From Longimicrobiales bacterium (GTDB taxonomy: Bacteria; Gemmatimonadota; Gemmatimonadetes; Longimicrobiales; Gaopeijiaceae), in contig CBDFIQ010000002.1 of assembly GCA_965248195.1 (NCBI GenBank), positions 3,298,813 to 3,362,812 on the forward strand: a stretch of DNA of 64,000 nt. The letters are read 5' to 3'. Below are positions 60,142-64,000 of the stretch, in pieces. Under the pieces are notes generated by a model. It had not been told where the DNA came from and did not search any database. It was given only the letters and a program-made list of their open reading frames with translations. Position 1 is the stretch's first letter, and every line of letters begins with the position of its first letter. Position numbers and translations under genes: made by a program.

Positions 60142-61463
60142 GCCGGGTACTGGACTACATCGCCAGTCAGCCGTGGGGCATCACCGAGGCCGCGCTCGAT
60201 GCCATCTTCGAGATCGCGGCCAGAGAAACCCGGTCCGTCGAGGCGATCGAGCGTGAACTCGGCCGGCCACTCGACAACACACGCACCGTGCGTGTCCGTG
60301 AAGGCGTCGCGGTGATCCCTGTTTCTGGGCCCCTGTTCCGCTACGCGAACCTATTTACCCGGATCAGCGGCGCGACATCCTACGAGGCTCTCGCCACGGA
60401 TCTAGGTGAGGCGCTCCGTTCTTCGGAGGTGAGGGGGATCGTGTTCGATGTCGATTCTCCCGGAGGCGTGGTGAACGGAAACGCCGAAATCTCGGAAATG
60501 ATTTATCAGGCACGCGCCCTGAAGCCGACTGCCGCCTTCGTCTCCGGCCTCGGCGCGTCCGCGGCCTACTGGCTGGCCACATCCGCGGAGCGTGTGATTG
60601 TGTCGCCGACCGCCATACTCGGCTCGGTCGGCACGGTCATAGGCGTCACAGACGACTCCGCCAGAGACGCGGCTCAAGGCATTCGCTCGATCGAGTTCGT
60701 GTCATCGCAGAGCCCCAAGAAGCGCCTCGACCCGTTCTCTGAGGATCGATCCGAGCGCGCCGAGGCACACTCGGAGATCCAGATGGTCGTCGACGACATA
60801 GCTCAAGTCTTCGTAGAGAGCGCCGCCCGCAACATGGGCGTCAGCGTCGATCACGTGCTCGCTGAATTCGGTCAGGGTGGCGTACTCGTCGGCCAGCGTG
60901 CCGTCGAGGTGGGCATGGCCCACTCGGTGGGCACCCTCGAAGACGTGATTTCTCAAATGCAGGACCGGCGCCCTCGGGGCACCGCCGGTCTCCGGCCGGC
61001 CGTCGGAAATGCTCTCGCCCTAGACGAACCACTCCAACAGGAGCAACCCATGAGCGACAAAGCTCAAGAGCCGGCCGCCGAACAGCAGCCGGTCATCGAC
61101 CGCGCAAATCTCGACGCGAACCACGCGGACCTCGTAGCCGCGATACGGGCGGAGGGTGCGACCAACGAGCGCGAGAGGATCGCGACCATCCAAGCGCTTC
61201 CCGGATCGGCCGACGTGAAAACCGCGTGTATCGCAGACGGAATCACGGCAGGTGAGGCCGCGATCCGGGTGCTCGCCGCGCAGAAAGCAACCGAGGAAGC
61301 GCGGTCGGCCGCTCACCTCGCAGAACGAGCCGGCGCCGAAGCCGAACTCGACGCGCCGGCCCCGTCCGCCGACGTGGAGTCGAACGACACCCAGAAGACG
61401 GTCCAGCGAATCCTGGCCGTGCACCGATCCCTCAAGGGCGACGCGCCCGCCATCACGGCATAG
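60138..61463 (+). CDS. S49 capsid maturation protease (gpC-like) with scaffold C-terminus
   Basis: DVDSPGG, ASAAYWLA, GSVG; ERERI..I scaffold motif. Confidence 0.92.
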   Translation: MSRVLDYIASQPWGITEAALDAIFEIAARETRSVEAIERELGRPLDNTRTVRVREGVAVIPVSGPLFRYANLFTRISGATSYEALATDLGEALRSSEVRGIVFDVDSPGGVVNGNAEISEMIYQARALKPTAAFVSGLGASAAYWLATSAERVIVSPTAILGSVGTVIGVTDDSARDAAQGIRSIEFVSSQSPKKRLDPFSEDRSERAEAHSEIQMVVDDIAQVFVESAARNMGVSVDHVLAEFGQGGVLVGQRAVEVGMAHSVGTLEDVISQMQDRRPRGTAGLRPAVGNALALDEPLQQEQPMSDKAQEPAAEQQPVIDRANLDANHADLVAAIRAEGATNERERIATIQALPGSADVKTACIADGITAGEAAIRVLAAQKATEEARSAAHLAERAGAEAELDAPAPSADVESNDTQKTVQRILAVHRSLKGDAPAITA

Positions 61464-61472
61464 GAGGATACC

Positions 61473-61844
61473 ATGCCAGCCAGCTTTGCAAGCCAGACCA
61501 GCAATCCGGACCGGCTCGTCGCCAGCGACGGGGTCGGACTCCTCTCCGAGCAAATCACCCTACTCAGTGGCCAGAATCAGGTTCGCGGGGCACTGCTCGG
61601 CAAAGTAACGGCGTCCGGCAAATACATCTTGTCCCTCTCCGCCGCCGTTGATGGTTCCGAGGTCCCAGTGGGTGTTCTGGCTGAGGACACCGACGCAAGC
61701 GCGGCCGACGTCAGCACCATGGCGTACGTACGCGGCGACTTCGACGAAAACGAGATCACGTTCGGGACTGGACATACCGCGGCGAGCGTCCGCGAGGATC
61801 TGCGCGCCAAGGGCATCCAGCTCGTTCCTTCCGTCACGCCATAA
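61473..61844 (+). CDS. Head decoration protein (gpD-like)
   Basis: RGALLGKVTASGKY...DGSE.PVGVLAED.DAS. Confidence 0.9.
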   Translation: MPASFASQTSNPDRLVASDGVGLLSEQITLLSGQNQVRGALLGKVTASGKYILSLSAAVDGSEVPVGVLAEDTDASAADVSTMAYVRGDFDENEITFGTGHTAASVREDLRAKGIQLVPSVTP

Positions 61845-61861
61845 CCCTGGAGACTTGAACC

Positions 61862-62884
61862 ATGCCTGATTTGTATTCCACCGACGTGCTCCTGGGGGTT
61901 CTGGCGGACCTTGCTGTCCCCAAGAGCGCTCTCCTCGATCGGTATTTCCCGACGGTCCAAATGGACCAGGCTGAGGAGATCCATTTCGACCTGATCGACG
62001 GCGCCAAGAAGCTCGCACCGTTCGTCAGTCCCGTGGTCGCGGGCAAAGTAATGCAGCAGCGCGGCTACACGACCAAGACGTTCAAGCCGGCGTATGTGAA
62101 GCCGAAAACGCCCCTCGATCCCAACAGGCCCCTGAAAAGGTTCATGGGCGAACGCATCGGCGGGGGTGAGATGTCCGCCGCAGACCGTGAAGCGGCGATC
62201 CTCGTGATGGAACAGGAGGCGCACGTTCAGTTGATCCGCAACCGCCTCGAATGGATGGCCGCGCAAATACTGGTCACTGGATCTGTCACGATTTCCGGTG
62301 ACGACTACCAGACCGTCGTCGTGAATTACGGGCGGCACGTAGACCACACCGTCACTCTTTCGGGCGCGGCCCTCTGGTCCGCACAAACAGCTGTGCCGTT
62401 GGACGACCTCCAGGACTGGGCGACGAACATCGCCAAGAACGGGGGTGGCGAGGGAATCGACGTGGTCATGGAGCCTAGCGCGTGGAAGGAGTTTCGCGCG
62501 CATGCGGCGGTCGTCGGTAAGCTCGATTACCGGTCGGCACGCGGCGACGAGATCAACCTCGGCGCCATGCGCGAGCGCGGGCTCTCGTTCAAGGGCACGA
62601 TCGATGGGTTCAACATCTTCGTGTACCAGGACTGGTATGAGACCGACGCGGGTGTCGTGACGCCGTTCCTGGCGAGCGGCACTGTGGTCATGGCCAGCCC
62701 GGACATCGAAGGCGTGCAGGCATTCGGAGCCATTCAAGATCCGGCGGCTGGGTACATTGCCGTTCCCTTCTACCCGAAGTCGTGGATTGAAGACGATCCG
62801 CCCCGACGGTTCCTCATGACGCAGTCCGCGCCGCTCGTTGTGCCGCTCAGGCCGAACGGAAGCGTCGCCGCGACCGTGCTGTAG
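61862..62884 (+). CDS. Major capsid protein E
   Basis: LAPFVSP..AG, FKPAYVKPK, LEWMAAQ, QSAPL. Confidence 0.95.
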   Translation: MPDLYSTDVLLGVLADLAVPKSALLDRYFPTVQMDQAEEIHFDLIDGAKKLAPFVSPVVAGKVMQQRGYTTKTFKPAYVKPKTPLDPNRPLKRFMGERIGGGEMSAADREAAILVMEQEAHVQLIRNRLEWMAAQILVTGSVTISGDDYQTVVVNYGRHVDHTVTLSGAALWSAQTAVPLDDLQDWATNIAKNGGGEGIDVVMEPSAWKEFRAHAAVVGKLDYRSARGDEINLGAMRERGLSFKGTIDGFNIFVYQDWYETDAGVVTPFLASGTVVMASPDIEGVQAFGAIQDPAAGYIAVPFYPKSWIEDDPPRRFLMTQSAPLVVPLRPNGSVAATVL

Positions 62885-62896
62885 GGGGGTGCCGAG

Positions 62897-63256
62897 ATGT
62901 ATGACGTGATCGCACAGCACCTGATCAAAGCCGGCGGGGTCAACTACTCCGCCGGTGAGGTTGTACCCATCGAGAGCGAGGAGGAGGCGCAGCGGCTCGT
63001 CGATGTTGGCGCAGCGCAATGGGCCCGAGGTCAAGACGTCGAAGAGGGCGCGGCCCCGGACCTCGACGGAGGGGTCGAAGAAGAAGAGGGCGGCGAACTT
63101 CCCGCTGACATTCCAGGGCGTGCCAAGCTGGTGGCCGCAGGGATCACCTCGATCGAGCAATTGCTCGACATCCCAGACCTGCCGTCGATCGACGGCGTGG
63201 GAAAAGGCATCGCGAGTCGGATCGAAACCTATCTCGAGGACGAGCCCGAGGCGTAG
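62897..63256 (+). CDS. gpFI-position protein with C-terminal HhH domain
   Basis: Y.AGEVV......AQRLV..GA N-domain; IDGVGKGIA. Confidence 0.7.
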   Translation: MYDVIAQHLIKAGGVNYSAGEVVPIESEEEAQRLVDVGAAQWARGQDVEEGAAPDLDGGVEEEEGGELPADIPGRAKLVAAGITSIEQLLDIPDLPSIDGVGKGIASRIETYLEDEPEA

Positions 63257-63559
63257 ATGGACATCACCTCCCCCGCAGGCGTGGAGCTCATGCTCAAGCG
63301 GACACCTGGGGCCACTACGGTGGTCTCGGGTGCCGTGACCACGTACGGCCAGGTCAAATACGGCGACGAAGAAGGCTTCGAGGGTGGCGAACTCGCAACC
63401 GTGGTGCGGGTGCGCACGGTTCTCGTCGCGACCGGGATACTGCCGAACCTCGATAGAGACGCGACGATCGTGGTGGGTGGCACGACGTACGTGATCACCG
63501 ACCACCGCGTCGAGAATGACGGCGCCGAGACGCGGCTCTGGCTGGGAGATAACGCCTGA
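63257..63559 (+). CDS. Head-tail joining protein (gpFII-like)
   Basis: Beta-rich, IVVGGTTYVI...DGA..RLWL; synteny. Confidence 0.7.
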   Translation: MDITSPAGVELMLKRTPGATTVVSGAVTTYGQVKYGDEEGFEGGELATVVRVRTVLVATGILPNLDRDATIVVGGTTYVITDHRVENDGAETRLWLGDNA

Positions 63560-64000
63560 TGGCCGACACGATCCGCGAGACGATCATGGCCGCGGCCGTT
63601 AGAGCGCTGGAGGCCGTCGGCAAACCAACGGGGCTCACGGTGCATCGGTCGAGAACCCGTCCGCTCGACCGCGACGACATGCCAGCCATGGCGGTCTACC
63701 ACTTGGGCGAGACCGTGGCGCTGGAAACGCACGACGAGAGTGTGCTACGCACGCTCACGATCCGCGTGGAGCATCGGGTCAAGACGCTCGTCACGTCGAC
63801 GGATCCGCCGGACAAGACGCTCGATCCGCTGGTCGCGTGGGGCACGAAGGCGCTCCTGACGAACGCGGCTTTGGACGCGCTGATCGTCAGCATCGAGGAA
63901 GTGAGCATCGAGTGGGCGACTTTCGAGGCGGACAGCCTGTACGGTGGAGCAGCCCAAGACTTCAGAATCGAGTTCGCCACCATCTGGGACGACCAGGAAA
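63559..64000 (+). CDS. Tail terminator/completion-like protein, runs off right edge
   Basis: MADTIRETIMAAAVRAL...VHRSR..PL....PA..VY; synteny. Confidence 0.65.
   Translation, partial: MADTIRETIMAAAVRALEAVGKPTGLTVHRSRTRPLDRDDMPAMAVYHLGETVALETHDESVLRTLTIRVEHRVKTLVTSTDPPDKTLDPLVAWGTKALLTNAALDALIVSIEEVSIEWATFEADSLYGGAAQDFRIEFATIWDDQE

Larger units (their letters stand above)
40176..64000 (+). mobile_element. Lambdoid prophage (degraded, continues off right edge)
   Basis: Early/replication genes, cos-like site, gpNu1/gpA terminase, portal, S49, D, E; left boundary approximate, no integrase seen. Confidence 0.85.

Noticed and set aside
61577..63505. 642-aa minus-strand ORF
   Set aside because: Antisense to clearly identified head genes.
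40176..64000. Diversity-generating retroelement, retron or integrase
   Set aside because: No reverse transcriptase or recombinase motifs and no TR/VR pair seen in the window.

Overview
GC-rich bacterial window in two parts. 1-40.2 kb is host chromosome. It encodes a VPS10/BNR protein, hydrolases, a sigma54-type two-component system, a PadR + duplicated orphan permease pair, NHL and LDL-receptor-repeat lipoproteins, a GH43, a probable DUF3179 selenoprotein and a threonine dehydratase. It also holds three copies of one IS256-family element, an IS3 element and IS91/VapC remnants. The gene mix suggests Gemmatimonadota/Acidobacteriota (inference only). From ~40.2 kb to the end is a decaying lambdoid prophage. 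Its early/replication module has a PAPS-reductase-like gene, several broken methyltransferases (one a dual-reading-frame C5 MTase), a Fic protein and an initiator with iterons. A 47-54 kb accessory hotspot carries a fourth IS256 copy, an IS5-split HNH gene, a HicAB mini-island bounded by tRNA 3'-end repeats, an IS1595 remnant with a PIN module, and a terminated leader RNA in front of an NYN gene. A lambda-like cos-terminase-head module follows and runs off the right edge. No CRISPR array, rRNA or complete tRNA was seen.
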